From Aliiglaciecola sp. (lineage in GTDB: Bacteria; Pseudomonadota; Gammaproteobacteria; Enterobacterales; Alteromonadaceae), in the NCBI GenBank assembly GCA_028356795.1, contig JAOMVH010000002.1:4638-68637 (forward strand): a DNA stretch of 64,000 nt, given 5' to 3'. Made by a program: the position numbers and the translations under genes. The notes under the pieces were generated by a model, which made no database searches, had not been told where the DNA came from, and saw only the letters and a program-made list of their open reading frames with translations. The first letter of the stretch is position 1; each line of letters begins with the position of its first letter. Shown here one piece after another: positions 1 to 11,500 of the stretch.

Positions 1-3000
1 TTTGCTCTTACGGCCCAGCTCAGTAAAAACAGGAGCATCTAAGGGGCCGGTAACTGAGTATCTGACGTTTGAAATAACTTTCGCTTCAGTCAATACTTGG
101 TCAATTGCCAACGCCGCAATTGCCGTGGCAGGGTTAACCATCCAATATACAAGCAGCGGTAAGCTTGAGGTGACATTGGGAGTAAACTCAATTAAATAAT
201 CCATTTCACGATTGGCTAAGTCAGCATAACCAATGATCTCCATTTCACCTGCTGCGCCATCAATGACGGTGTCACGGGTATCCGCTTTGCCATCGACAAG
301 CTGAAAAGAGCCGTCCATCTTGTCGTAAAAGAAGCCTTGGGCAAACACATCTCGAAAATCTAAACTGAGCTTTCTAACCAGCGATTGCAAACTCAAAATA
401 CTGAAAAGCCGGGCCCCCTTGTCGCTCACCTCAGACAAATAGCCATCGGTTAGCCCCCAATCAACATTGCCATTTAAGCTTGCGAGAGAAAACTTATGAG
501 GAGCGTCATCCCAACTTACCGAAAAGTTAAAGTTACCTTTTGAGTCCTTGATACCAGAATCAAATCCCAAACCTTTTACTAAGGCGCCAAAATCACCACT
601 ACTCAACTCTCCATTCAATAGGGTTTTTGAGCCTGTTTCAGTAAATAGCCAATCTCCGCTAGCCGATAATTCACCATGGTCGTTGTTTAATCGAAGGCTG
701 TCTATTTGCATCCCTTTTGGCGCTCTTGAAAGGGAAAAGTCGACTTTCCCCAAATTCTTTCCAAATAACTTGCAGCTTTTACACTCAAAATTGACCGGTG
801 GAAGAGTATTTAAATCAGGTGGCTGATATTCTTCATTACTCTCTCCTTCCCATTGCGCCAATTCGATAAAGTCAGCTTTAATATCAATACCACGATTCAG
901 CCAATCATCATAAAACATCACTTTTGCGCGAATTTGTTCGGCATTAAATTCAAGCAACCAATCGTCGGTAGAATGTTTGGCTACTAATTCCAAATTCTCA
1001 ATTTTTTGCCCCGCGATCAGCATAGAGTTAGTGGTCACATAAACGCGCTGTGGTTCTGACAATATGGGATTTTCCGATTGGGGAATATCAGCCAATACTG
1101 TGGAGAGAGCTTCATACCAGGCATCGAAATCCAAGTAGTCTGAATTGGCAGAAATACTAAAACCCAGTCCCATGCTGACACTCTCTTCCTCGCCAACCGC
1201 CAAATGCGCGCGAGAAAACTCCATAGTGTCATGGGGTAAAACGCCTTCAAAGGTGATTTGGTCGCCCAATGAAAGTTTGAAATTAGACGCTTGATTCTGG
1301 CCACTACCTGTAACCAGAAGCGGTAACGCCGCCTCTTGCGATTTAGCAAAAGGTGCAGGCAATGCCGAGCCTATCTCAGTTAGTTGACTACCTAGCTCAA
1401 AACTATAGGCATATGCTTCACCGCTAAGCGTTAGCTTTGTTTCCGCTTGCCAGCTAGCATGACCACTAAGGTACTTTTTCATGCTTGGATGATAAGCTTC
1501 CAGTAGTGGTGCGATTTGCCAGTCACCTTGTAATTGCGCATTCACAAGATATGCGCCAGAAGGGCCACTATTACTGTTATACGTGATGTCAACGGGTTGA
1601 CCCAGCAAGGTTCCTTTCATTTGCTCAACCGATACATCATCATTCCTAAACTTAACCACACCATGCACATCTTCGAATGTCACAGCTAAACTTGGCAGAG
1701 TAAAATGATTTCCATCAAGGGTAATATCCCCCTCAGCCACAACGTCTTTGATATTGTTAAGTGGAATGGTTAGCGCCAACTTGGTATCCAGTTCACCACC
1801 AAGGCTGATGCCTTTAGACAGTGCTTCTCCCAAGGTATTGGCAAGATGGCTATTTTGAATCAACTCTCTGACGTCATCGCTGCTTGCGGTGGTATGCGCC
1901 TTTATCGAAAGTATTGCACTACTGTCGAGGCTTGGAATTTGTGCGGTCAGCTCACTCAGTTGAACATTTTGCAAGCGGCCCGTATGCGCCACCATTTTTA
2001 AGCCTTTGTTTTCAAATAATAAGTCAATATCCAGCTGTTCAATTTCGGGCCAGCTTTCATCAAATTTCAACTTGGCATCCTGCAATGAAACGTTCGCTAA
2101 GAATACACCTTGATTTCGCTCAAAGGGGTACTCACCCAGTTCACCCTGCCATAGCACTTGTGCAGAGGACATTTGGCCACTTTGCAATGCAGATGACAGG
2201 TATTGTTTTGTTTCTGCATCAAGAAAATCGTTGGGAAAAAGGGTTTTCAACTGAGTGATTGGCATTTGCTCAATAGATGAATACAGCGATAATTGGCTGT
2301 CTTGGGTATCAAAAGAAAATTGATTATTAATGTTCAACGATTGGCTATTGAGGTTAAAGGTTGAAACATCAATGCGAACACCTCGTTCGTGCCATTTGAA
2401 AAAACCATCGATCGAGAGCCTGTCATAGAACAGGTTTTCATCCAGTAGGTTGTTCACCCCTATCTCGCCAGCAACACCTTCTACTGTTAGTCGGCCAATA
2501 TCATCGTGCATCACAAATCGGCCAGTCAAATCCGACAGGCCGGGTAGTATATCTACTTGATTCCAAGCAACTTGAGAAAAATCGACACTGGCTAAAAACT
2601 CACTACCAATACTCAGGGCTAAATTATTCAATCGCGCTTGAGGTTCCAGGCGATTAATAAAATCGATGGTCTGTTTGTCGAAAGCCAGAGGTAAAATAGG
2701 CAAAATGGCCTGCATATTAATCGGATTAACATTATTGATGCGGGTGATGCCATCTCGACCAATATGCCCTTGCCAGTTGGTAATCAGACTTTGTTGTTTC
2801 GATTCTAACGTTAAATCTTCAACAGCAATCCCCCAGCCAAAATCATCCGGTACTGCGTAAATCGTCCCGCCGATAATAGCAGCTTCCACTTGAGTATCTG
2901 GAGTTGACCAAGCGAATTCACTTTTTTGCAGTTGAATCTGAACATTGCGCACTTGATTTTGTTCAACGCCTGCCCAAAATGTGAAATTACCGCGACTTTG

Positions 3001-3732
3001 AGTCAGCTGATTTTGTGTGCGTACTAGCTGATTGAGCCAAGGAGACAAATCTAGTTCTTCACCTTTGGCGTAAAATGTCCCTGAAAGGTTGTCTTTACCG
3101 CCATATAAATCCAGTGTAAACGTGGCCGAGTTGTTAGCGAGTTCGACCACCCTTAGCTGACCAGTGCCTTGGTGACGATCTTCTTTGTTGGCCCAACTTA
3201 ACTGCTGAATTTGGATTAATTGTTGATCGTAACGGGTAACAACATCTACCACGCTATTGCGCAAGGAAAAGCGGTGTAGCTGTTCTAGAAACAGGCTTTC
3301 AAGGGCTTCAACTATGGGAAATTCACTTTCAGCCGTTTGGATCCGGGCTAGGTTAACCGACAACGCCATACCGCTGAGTTCAAAACGTTGTGATTGGACT
3401 TGTCTTGCTCTGATAGAGCCCCAAAAATCGAATTCTATTTGTGTCTCGCTAATCTCCAAACCAATTGGTGATTGTTCATCTTGCTTTAAATAGATATCTT
3501 TGAGCACCAAGGAGGGACCATTTTTGGTCCAGTCAGCGTTTAGTTCACCAATCGCTAATTGCACACCGTATTGATTGTTAATCCAGCTTTCTACACGGTG
3601 TTTGTGTTTGTCCATATAGGGCAAGGAGAAGCGCAAAACACTTATAGATACCGCCACAACCACTAGTAAAACTGCGGCTAGAGTCCACAGTTTTTTAACT
3701 ATATAGGCTGCATAGAACGAAGCGGATTTCAC
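1..3732 (-). CDS. yhdP: YhdP (AsmA-like phospholipid bridge protein), 3' end runs off the window
   Basis: Not in the ORF track because it has no stop in the window. GTG at 3732 overlaps the rng stop. Manual translation: MKSASFYAAYIVKKLWTLAAVLLVVVAVSISVLRFSLPYMD (N-terminal anchor). Usual position downstream of rng. Confidence 0.9.
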   Translation of the reverse strand, partial: MKSASFYAAYIVKKLWTLAAVLLVVVAVSISVLRFSLPYMDKHKHRVESWINNQYGVQLAIGELNADWTKNGPSLVLKDIYLKQDEQSPIGLEISETQIEFDFWGSIRARQVQSQRFELSGMALSVNLARIQTAESEFPIVEALESLFLEQLHRFSLRNSVVDVVTRYDQQLIQIQQLSWANKEDRHQGTGQLRVVELANNSATFTLDLYGGKDNLSGTFYAKGEELDLSPWLNQLVRTQNQLTQSRGNFTFWAGVEQNQVRNVQIQLQKSEFAWSTPDTQVEAAIIGGTIYAVPDDFGWGIAVEDLTLESKQQSLITNWQGHIGRDGITRINNVNPINMQAILPILPLAFDKQTIDFINRLEPQARLNNLALSIGSEFLASVDFSQVAWNQVDILPGLSDLTGRFVMHDDIGRLTVEGVAGEIGVNNLLDENLFYDRLSIDGFFKWHERGVRIDVSTFNLNSQSLNINNQFSFDTQDSQLSLYSSIEQMPITQLKTLFPNDFLDAETKQYLSSALQSGQMSSAQVLWQGELGEYPFERNQGVFLANVSLQDAKLKFDESWPEIEQLDIDLLFENKGLKMVAHTGRLQNVQLSELTAQIPSLDSSAILSIKAHTTASSDDVRELIQNSHLANTLGEALSKGISLGGELDTKLALTIPLNNIKDVVAEGDITLDGNHFTLPSLAVTFEDVHGVVKFRNDDVSVEQMKGTLLGQPVDITYNSNSGPSGAYLVNAQLQGDWQIAPLLEAYHPSMKKYLSGHASWQAETKLTLSGEAYAYSFELGSQLTEIGSALPAPFAKSQEAALPLLVTGSGQNQASNFKLSLGDQITFEGVLPHDTMEFSRAHLAVGEEESVSMGLGFSISANSDYLDFDAWYEALSTVLADIPQSENPILSEPQRVYVTTNSMLIAGQKIENLELVAKHSTDDWLLEFNAEQIRAKVMFYDDWLNRGIDIKADFIELAQWEGESNEEYQPPDLNTLPPVNFECKSCKLFGKNLGKVDFSLSRAPKGMQIDSLRLNNDHGELSASGDWLFTETGSKTLLNGELSSGDFGALVKGLGFDSGIKDSKGNFNFSVSWDDAPHKFSLASLNGNVDWGLTDGYLSEVSDKGARLFSILSLQSLVRKLSLDFRDVFAQGFFYDKMDGSFQLVDGKADTRDTVIDGAAGEMEIIGYADLANREMDYLIEFTPNVTSSLPLLVYWMVNPATAIAALAIDQVLTEAKVISNVRYSVTGPLDAPVFTELGRKSK

Positions 3733-5195
3733 ATCATTACCACATCAAATTTATCTTGGTTATAGAGCAATTCGGTTTGAATTTTTATTTGTTTTGAGAC
3801 GAAGACCTCAAGTTCTGCCAACATATGAGACTCCTCCCCCAGCAGAGCTTCTGCCACTAACGGCGAAGCGTAGACCACAAACTTGTCTGCGTCATAAGCT
3901 CGATTTACTCGCACAATTTCGCGCATTACTTCAAAACAAGTGGTTTCAACGGTCTTAACTGAGCCTCGACCTTTGCACACTGGACACTCTCCGCAAAGCA
4001 CATGCTCCAAACTCTCGCGGGTACGTTTGCGCGTCATTTCGATTAAGCCTAGTGCCGTAAAGCCATGAATGTTGGTCTTTGCACGATCCTTACTGGTTGC
4101 TACCTCCAAACTATGTAGCACTCTGCGTTTATGGTCCTCGTCGGTCATATCAATAAAATCGATCAAGATCATGCCGCCCAAGTTACGCAGTCTCAACTGC
4201 CTGGCAATCGCTTGGGTGGCTTCAGTATTGGTATTAAATATGGTTTCTTCTAAATTGCGGTGACCCACAAACGCACCCGTGTTGATATCAATAGTAGTCA
4301 TGGCTTCGGTTTGGTCAATGATAAGATAACCACCAGACTTTAAATCAACGCGACGCTCCAGTGAGCGCTGGGCTTCATTTTCTACATCATAGAGATCAAA
4401 AATCGGCCGCTCGCCTTGATAATACTCAAGCAGTTTGTTGAGTTCAGGTACGTACTCTTGAGTAAAGTTTTGTAACTCTTGAAAGGATAACTTGGAATCA
4501 ATTCGAATTCGGTCTAACTCAGTTCCCACAAAGTCTCGCAATACTCGTCGAGCTAGCGGCAAATCTTCATAGAGCACATTGCCTTTTTTCTTTTTCATGC
4601 GTGATTGTATTTTCGCCCATAAGCGCTTCAAAAACTCAGCGTCTGAGATCAGTTCTTTTTCTAAAACGCCTTCTGCAGCGGTACGCAAGATAAAGCCGCC
4701 ATCCTCGCTACAAAACTGCTGAACCAGCATTTTTAGACGCTCGCGCTCTTCTTCATCTTCAATGCGCTGAGATACACCGACATGATCGACACTGGGCATA
4801 AACACCAAATAACGAGAAGGAATAGTTATATCTGTGGTTAGTCTTGCGCCTTTTGTTCCAATTGGATCTTTCACCACCTGCACAACAATGTCTTGACCAT
4901 CACGAAGTAGATCGCGAATATCTTTTTTGGCAATCGCGGTTGAGGCCATTTCATCACTAACTTCATTATGAAATGCAATATCAGAAGCATGCAGAAAAGC
5001 GGCTTTTTCTAGACCGATATCCACAAATGCGGCCTGCATACCGGGTAATACACGACTCACTTTTCCACGATAAATATTGCCAACCAAACCACGCTTAGTG
5101 TGACGCTCAATATGTATCTCTTGTAGAATACCATTTTCGATCAGCGCCACTCTCGACTCTGAAGGTGTCACATTAATTAGTAACTCAGCGCTCAT
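3729..5195 (-). CDS. rng: Ribonuclease G
   Basis: 488 aa; S1 domain GNIYRGKVSRVLPGMQAAFVDIG, DINTG, LRLRNLGG; maf-rng-yhdP order. Confidence 0.97.
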   Translation of the reverse strand: MSAELLINVTPSESRVALIENGILQEIHIERHTKRGLVGNIYRGKVSRVLPGMQAAFVDIGLEKAAFLHASDIAFHNEVSDEMASTAIAKKDIRDLLRDGQDIVVQVVKDPIGTKGARLTTDITIPSRYLVFMPSVDHVGVSQRIEDEEERERLKMLVQQFCSEDGGFILRTAAEGVLEKELISDAEFLKRLWAKIQSRMKKKKGNVLYEDLPLARRVLRDFVGTELDRIRIDSKLSFQELQNFTQEYVPELNKLLEYYQGERPIFDLYDVENEAQRSLERRVDLKSGGYLIIDQTEAMTTIDINTGAFVGHRNLEETIFNTNTEATQAIARQLRLRNLGGMILIDFIDMTDEDHKRRVLHSLEVATSKDRAKTNIHGFTALGLIEMTRKRTRESLEHVLCGECPVCKGRGSVKTVETTCFEVMREIVRVNRAYDADKFVVYASPLVAEALLGEESHMLAELEVFVSKQIKIQTELLYNQDKFDVVMM

Positions 5196-5769
5196 TTTGG
5201 ATAATACCTGCTTGTTTCATTAATTCTCTGGTTTCGTATAAAGGTAACCCGACTACTGCGCTGAAACTACCTTTAATCTGTTTCACAAATTGTCCGGCCA
5301 AGCCCTGAATACCATAGCCTCCTGCCTTATCAAGCGGCTCACCTGTATTCCAATACCATAGCATTCTGTCCTCGGACAAGTCACAAAACCATACCTGAGT
5401 ATCGACCAAACAATCGATAATGGAAGTTTCAGACGCAATCGCTACTGCAGTTAATACTTTATGTGGCTGATGTGACAACAATTTCCACATTCTTCTGGCG
5501 TCATCATAGTCCTTTGGCTTGCCTAAAATATGTGATTGATTATTCGACTGGGCAACAACAATCGTGTCTGCTCCCAACGACCAAATGCAGTCCTTTTGGC
5601 GAGATAGTCCAGCTTGGGCTTTTTCACGGGCCAAACGCAATACATAATCTTCAGACCCTTCATCATGACGATGAGTTTCATCAATATCGACGTTAAGTGT
5701 AATAAAAGGTGTACCTAGCTCGGTTAACAACGCTTTTCGTCTGGGTGATTGAGATGCCAGCAACAACAT
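5185..5769 (-). CDS. maf: Maf/YhdE nucleoside triphosphate pyrophosphatase
   Basis: LASQSPRR, GADTIV, DKAGGYGIQG, VVGLP; start moved to ATG 5769 (GGAG upstream). Confidence 0.93.
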   Translation of the reverse strand: MLLLASQSPRRKALLTELGTPFITLNVDIDETHRHDEGSEDYVLRLAREKAQAGLSRQKDCIWSLGADTIVVAQSNNQSHILGKPKDYDDARRMWKLLSHQPHKVLTAVAIASETSIIDCLVDTQVWFCDLSEDRMLWYWNTGEPLDKAGGYGIQGLAGQFVKQIKGSFSAVVGLPLYETRELMKQAGIIQNER

Positions 5770-5803
5770 TTGGAGACTCCGTTTTAGACGGTCATGATCA
5801 CGC

Positions 5804-6280
5804 TTAGGTGATACGGAACTGTCGTCTGACTTTTCGCAGCAGGGCAAAAATCCATGGCCATACCATCATGGTCGTTATCACAGGCCAGAGATAATCGAAT
5901 AAGAAATTTACGTCCGTTTGTAAATGCTGCAACCAAAAAATAATCAAATGATACAGCGATGACAAAGTGCCAATAATGACGGCTTGTTGCCAAATTGAAT
6001 AATTTCTAAGCCGTTGATAATTTGCAGCCAACACGAAAATACTTATGCACAATGCAAAGCTATGTACACCTAAGCTGGTGCCCAGGAGTACATCAAGGAT
6101 AAGGCCAACAAAGAATGCCACCCCGACGTTGACACGATTGGGCAACGCAAGTGTCCAGTATGACAAAACTAACAACACCCAGTCAGGACGGTACTGATCA
6201 ACAGTAAGTGGCATAGGTACAATCTGTAAAACCAGTGCAATAATAATACTCAGTGCAATCACAAAACGACGTAATTTCAT
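5804..6280 (-). CDS. mreD: Rod shape-determining protein MreD
   Basis: 158-aa hydrophobic protein with RPDW motif, after mreC. Confidence 0.95.
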   Translation of the reverse strand: MKLRRFVIALSIIIALVLQIVPMPLTVDQYRPDWVLLVLSYWTLALPNRVNVGVAFFVGLILDVLLGTSLGVHSFALCISIFVLAANYQRLRNYSIWQQAVIIGTLSSLYHLIIFWLQHLQTDVNFLFDYLWPVITTMMVWPWIFALLRKVRRQFRIT

Positions 6281-7143
6281 GGTTGTCCCTCTTCAGAGCT
6301 TTGCATGATAGGTCGAGTTGGCGCATCTTCGGGCCACAACAACAGTAAATGGCGCAGCCGATCAAGTTGTGCAATAGGCGTGGCTTTGACTTGAGCAAAA
6401 GGGCGACTTTCATCTTGCACGATAGAAGTAATACGGGCTGTTGGGTATCCCTCTGGGAAAACATCACCTAAACCAGATGAAATCAACATATCTCCCACTT
6501 GAATATCGGCACTGTGCGCAACATGCTCAAGCAGTAGCTCATCGATTTTGCCTGAGCCATTGGCAACTAGACGCACATTGTTACGGGCAATACGCAGAGG
6601 AATAGCATGGCTGATGTCTGCCAACAAAAGCACGCGACTATTGGTGGTACCCACTTCCATAATTTGTCCGACAATGCCTTTATTATCTAAAACGGTTTGC
6701 CCTTCATAAACACCATTTATCGCTCCCTTATCGATGACGATTTGCAAACTAAATGGATTGTTGTCTACCGCCATCAACTCGGTAACCATTTTTTCGGTAG
6801 GAGCATCTATGGGTGAACCAAGCAATAAACGTAGTCGCTGATTTTCTTTTTCAAGCAACTCAAAACGTTGTAGCTTTTCGTTCATACTGACGGATTGCAG
6901 AGTTAGCAGACGATTGTCTTCTAATAATTTTTGATGTGAGGTGAAACGCTCTGCACTGCTGTTAAGTATTTGGCCTGGCAAACTTGCCATATATTGCAAC
7001 GGACTCACGATAGAGTTGAGGTACACCTTTACAGACGCAAAGCCATCATATTTATGATCAATAAAAATCAAGATGACAGAGACGAATAAGGCCAATGCTA
7101 GTCGACTAACTAGTGATGGCCCTCGTGTAAACATGGTGTTCAT
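6277..7143 (-). CDS. mreC: Rod shape-determining protein MreC
   Basis: N-terminal TM, coiled coil ENQRLRLLL, SSGLGDVFPEGYP. Confidence 0.96.
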   Translation of the reverse strand: MNTMFTRGPSLVSRLALALFVSVILIFIDHKYDGFASVKVYLNSIVSPLQYMASLPGQILNSSAERFTSHQKLLEDNRLLTLQSVSMNEKLQRFELLEKENQRLRLLLGSPIDAPTEKMVTELMAVDNNPFSLQIVIDKGAINGVYEGQTVLDNKGIVGQIMEVGTTNSRVLLLADISHAIPLRIARNNVRLVANGSGKIDELLLEHVAHSADIQVGDMLISSGLGDVFPEGYPTARITSIVQDESRPFAQVKATPIAQLDRLRHLLLLWPEDAPTRPIMQSSEEGQP

Positions 7144-7213
7144 TTATGAAACATACCTTGACGCTTTTCGCACGCTGATAGTTTGATATCTTGCGAGCAA
7201 AAATTGCATAAAA

Positions 7214-8281
<1,068 letters not shown>

Positions 8282-8549
8282 TTAATATAAAGATCCGCTA
8301 ACTTTACCAATGCCCCTGTAGATCAGCAAGCAAAGAGATCTGTTAGTGCAATAAAAACAGTAAATGAAGGCGATTTTAGTCATTTTCAATCTCAATCCGA
8401 TAAAAAACCACGTTATTCGCTAGGGCGTCATGGACGCATTTTACTCTTTGTCACAGCCCTTTGACTTAGCCCACTAGGCCTACAGGGCTGATTCGCGATT
8501 AAAACGCTTCCATTTAGCCCAAAATTCGTACAGCAAAGATCAACACGCC

Positions 8550-11500
8550 CTAGTTACCCACCTCTCGCCAATGAATGATTCTGTCGTTTCCTCTGAACTG
8601 TCCAAATGAAATCAACGCAGAGGGATTGCCTATGCCACTGTCATCGCCGTTCCAGTCATATTGTATATGATCATCCCAAGTAATGGTGCTGTCACTGATA
8701 GGTTGTAGTTCAATTCGATATTCCCCCACCGTCGACGAGTCTTGGTTTCTTATTTTGATGCCTTCAAAGCCAAGGGTTTCACCGCTGGTGATACCAAAAC
8801 TGCTATTTAACACTCTGATTGCTGCTGTTGTTGCCTGGTTAGAGTCGGTGATAACAAAGTCACTGCCGCCAAAATTTTGCGTTGTACAACTATCATCAGT
8901 GTTTTTAATGAAATTGTTGCCATCAAAATATTCAGTGGTAACGGCCAACAACAAGTCATCAGTTTCTGGACCAAAGCCGTTATCTATTAGTAACCGGCCC
9001 CATCGATACTGGGTTCCACCAACACCACTGATTGATACAAGATTATTGGTATCATCTAAATCCGCCAGGGCACTTTGTGTATCACAATCATCCGGATTAT
9101 TTGTATCATAGCTTTGGTGATAACAGATTGGTTCTCCCGCATAGCTGTTGTTCGTCACAAAACTAGGCAAAAAATCGACGTTTAGAGAGCTAGCAAAAGC
9201 AGCGTAGGGGCTGGACGATTTCGAATACAGTACTTGCCCACCCACTAACGTCAAGGTCCGACTTCCTAAAAAGGGGTTTTCCACTACTTCAATATCCGGA
9301 GATGCGTGAAAAGACACAGTACCGTTAACATTTGAGTCTGATAGTTGGATATCACTGACTTGTGCTGACTCGAGCCATGTCCAGACACTATCATCCTGAT
9401 AGTTTTGCATGGTTTGTCCGGCGCTGTTCTTTGCCGTAACCGCAAGTTGCACAGGCATTGCAAAACTGGTTGGCTGGCCAAGGTAAGTGAAGCCGCTAGT
9501 GACGTTGCAAGCACTAGCAAGTTCTGGGGTGTTTTGTTGCACATCAAAATAGGCTGGAATAAACAGCCCAAGGGTAACGGGCGAATTACCACCAGCGGTT
9601 GCTGAGGTAATGATATTGCCAAAGAAACTTGCATCTTTAACATCCATGGATATCTGCCCATATTCATTGTAGTGGGCTTCAAACGTATAAGTTCCTGAAC
9701 TCACACTGACATTGGCTTTGGTCTGGTTAATGCCGCTGTCATAGAAGCTGGCGGTTTCCGCTACCGCTAAAGTGTCGCTTTGTGCATAAGTCAATACGCC
9801 ATCAACTGCTCCGCCACCGATTGGTAGCAATCGATTTACCGCTAATTGCAAATTCCCTGGTTGGTAGTTTGGTAAAACAGCTCCTTGTGAGCCAAGTGCG
9901 CTTAGATTTATCTCAACTGACTCGCCGGCGCGAGCAAAGGTTGATGTAGCACTGGTTGTAAGGCTTAATCGATCAGGTATCACCACAAACTGAGTTGAAC
10001 CAGTAGCGACGCCTGCACCATCAATATCCGATTCAACGGATAAACTAATTTGACCTGCATCGGAATAAGAAAAATCAGACAAGGAGGCGATCCCATTGGC
10101 ATCAAATACCAAGGGCACATTGGATGTAGACCCAGCAACAATGTGACCTGAGCCAGTTTCAATATTGGTAACACAACTACCGGGATCATCACATGACATG
10201 CCAAAGGACACTGTTTGGGTTCCTTCTAAGGCTGCCACACAGACACCAATACCATCGTTGATATCGGTTTTCACTGCACGCAGCTGTGCGCCACTAAAAT
10301 TACTTTGAGCAAGTTGGTTGGCAAATACGTCTGTTGTTGTCGCCCCGATAAATTGGAATCCCGCATCGTTGAACACCATATTGCAACTATCACCGCTGGT
10401 TCCTTCACATTTGGTGTTTTCATTTAATACTGCAAGTGTCACAGTGCCCGCATCAAGCTGACTAAATGAAACCGAGGTTGGCGTATTGGCAACGATGGTT
10501 ACTGTGGAACCATCTGTCCAACCGGAATTTGGACTCATATCTACCGTGACATCTTGATCGTATAACTCAGTGCAGCTTTCATTTGCACAGGCACTTATAG
10601 TGACGGACTCAGCCTCACAGGTGAGCGCGGAGCCATCATGTTCAATCAGGTATTGATAGACGAACGAACAGGTAGTCAATGAATCTCTATCGGTAATGAC
10701 CTCATTGTTATCTTGCACATAGTTGTAGATACGCACATCATCGAACTCGCCGTTCGCAGAGTGCTGAGTACTTGTGACAACGAGGTAATCAGAACGATTA
10801 TCACCAATATACAGGGTGTCCAGATCTCCCAGTGCAGTGGTTAAGTTATTGTCACTATTATTGGTCAGGCTTTGTGTTACGCCGTCAATATAAATAGCGA
10901 TATGTTGAGTCTGTAAATCCCATGAAACCGCTACATGTTTCCAAACGTCTGCTGCAAAACTTAAATTTAGAGAAGTGGATGCGCCAAAGTTGTTGTCTCT
11001 GTCATCTTCCATATTGAAATCTAATCTACCTGTACCAGTAATGGCCAAATAGAAATACTTGGACTGGCCTAAATCACCCAGATCAGTTGAAGCATCGAAT
11101 AGTTGTCGTGCGTTGCCAGAATTCCATGCCTCATTACTTCGATACCAAAATGAAATACTGCCTTTGTTACCCAGTGTATTCACATCAACATTAGTATCGA
11201 TGCCATTGTACTCGCCATTCACACTAGCGCTGGCGGGAACTTCCATTGCTTTACAGGCTTTTTGTTCAGATGGATTGATAGGCAACGCCAAACCCAAGTG
11301 CGAGGCATGATTGGTATTGATAGAGTTATCCAAAACCGCATTGCTTCCTAACCAACTATCTTGTTCAAATTGATATTGCGCCACCAACTCATCGCTGTCG
11401 CACTGTGTACAATCATACTGAGATTGGCCGTATAACTCGGTAACTAATGAGCTATCGATTTGATTGCTGTAGAACTTGATTTCATCCATTTGGCCTTTGA

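Noticed and set aside
2-3493. Short ORFs listed in 1-3.5 kb
   Set aside because: Shadows of yhdP, which the track missed because it has no stop in the window.
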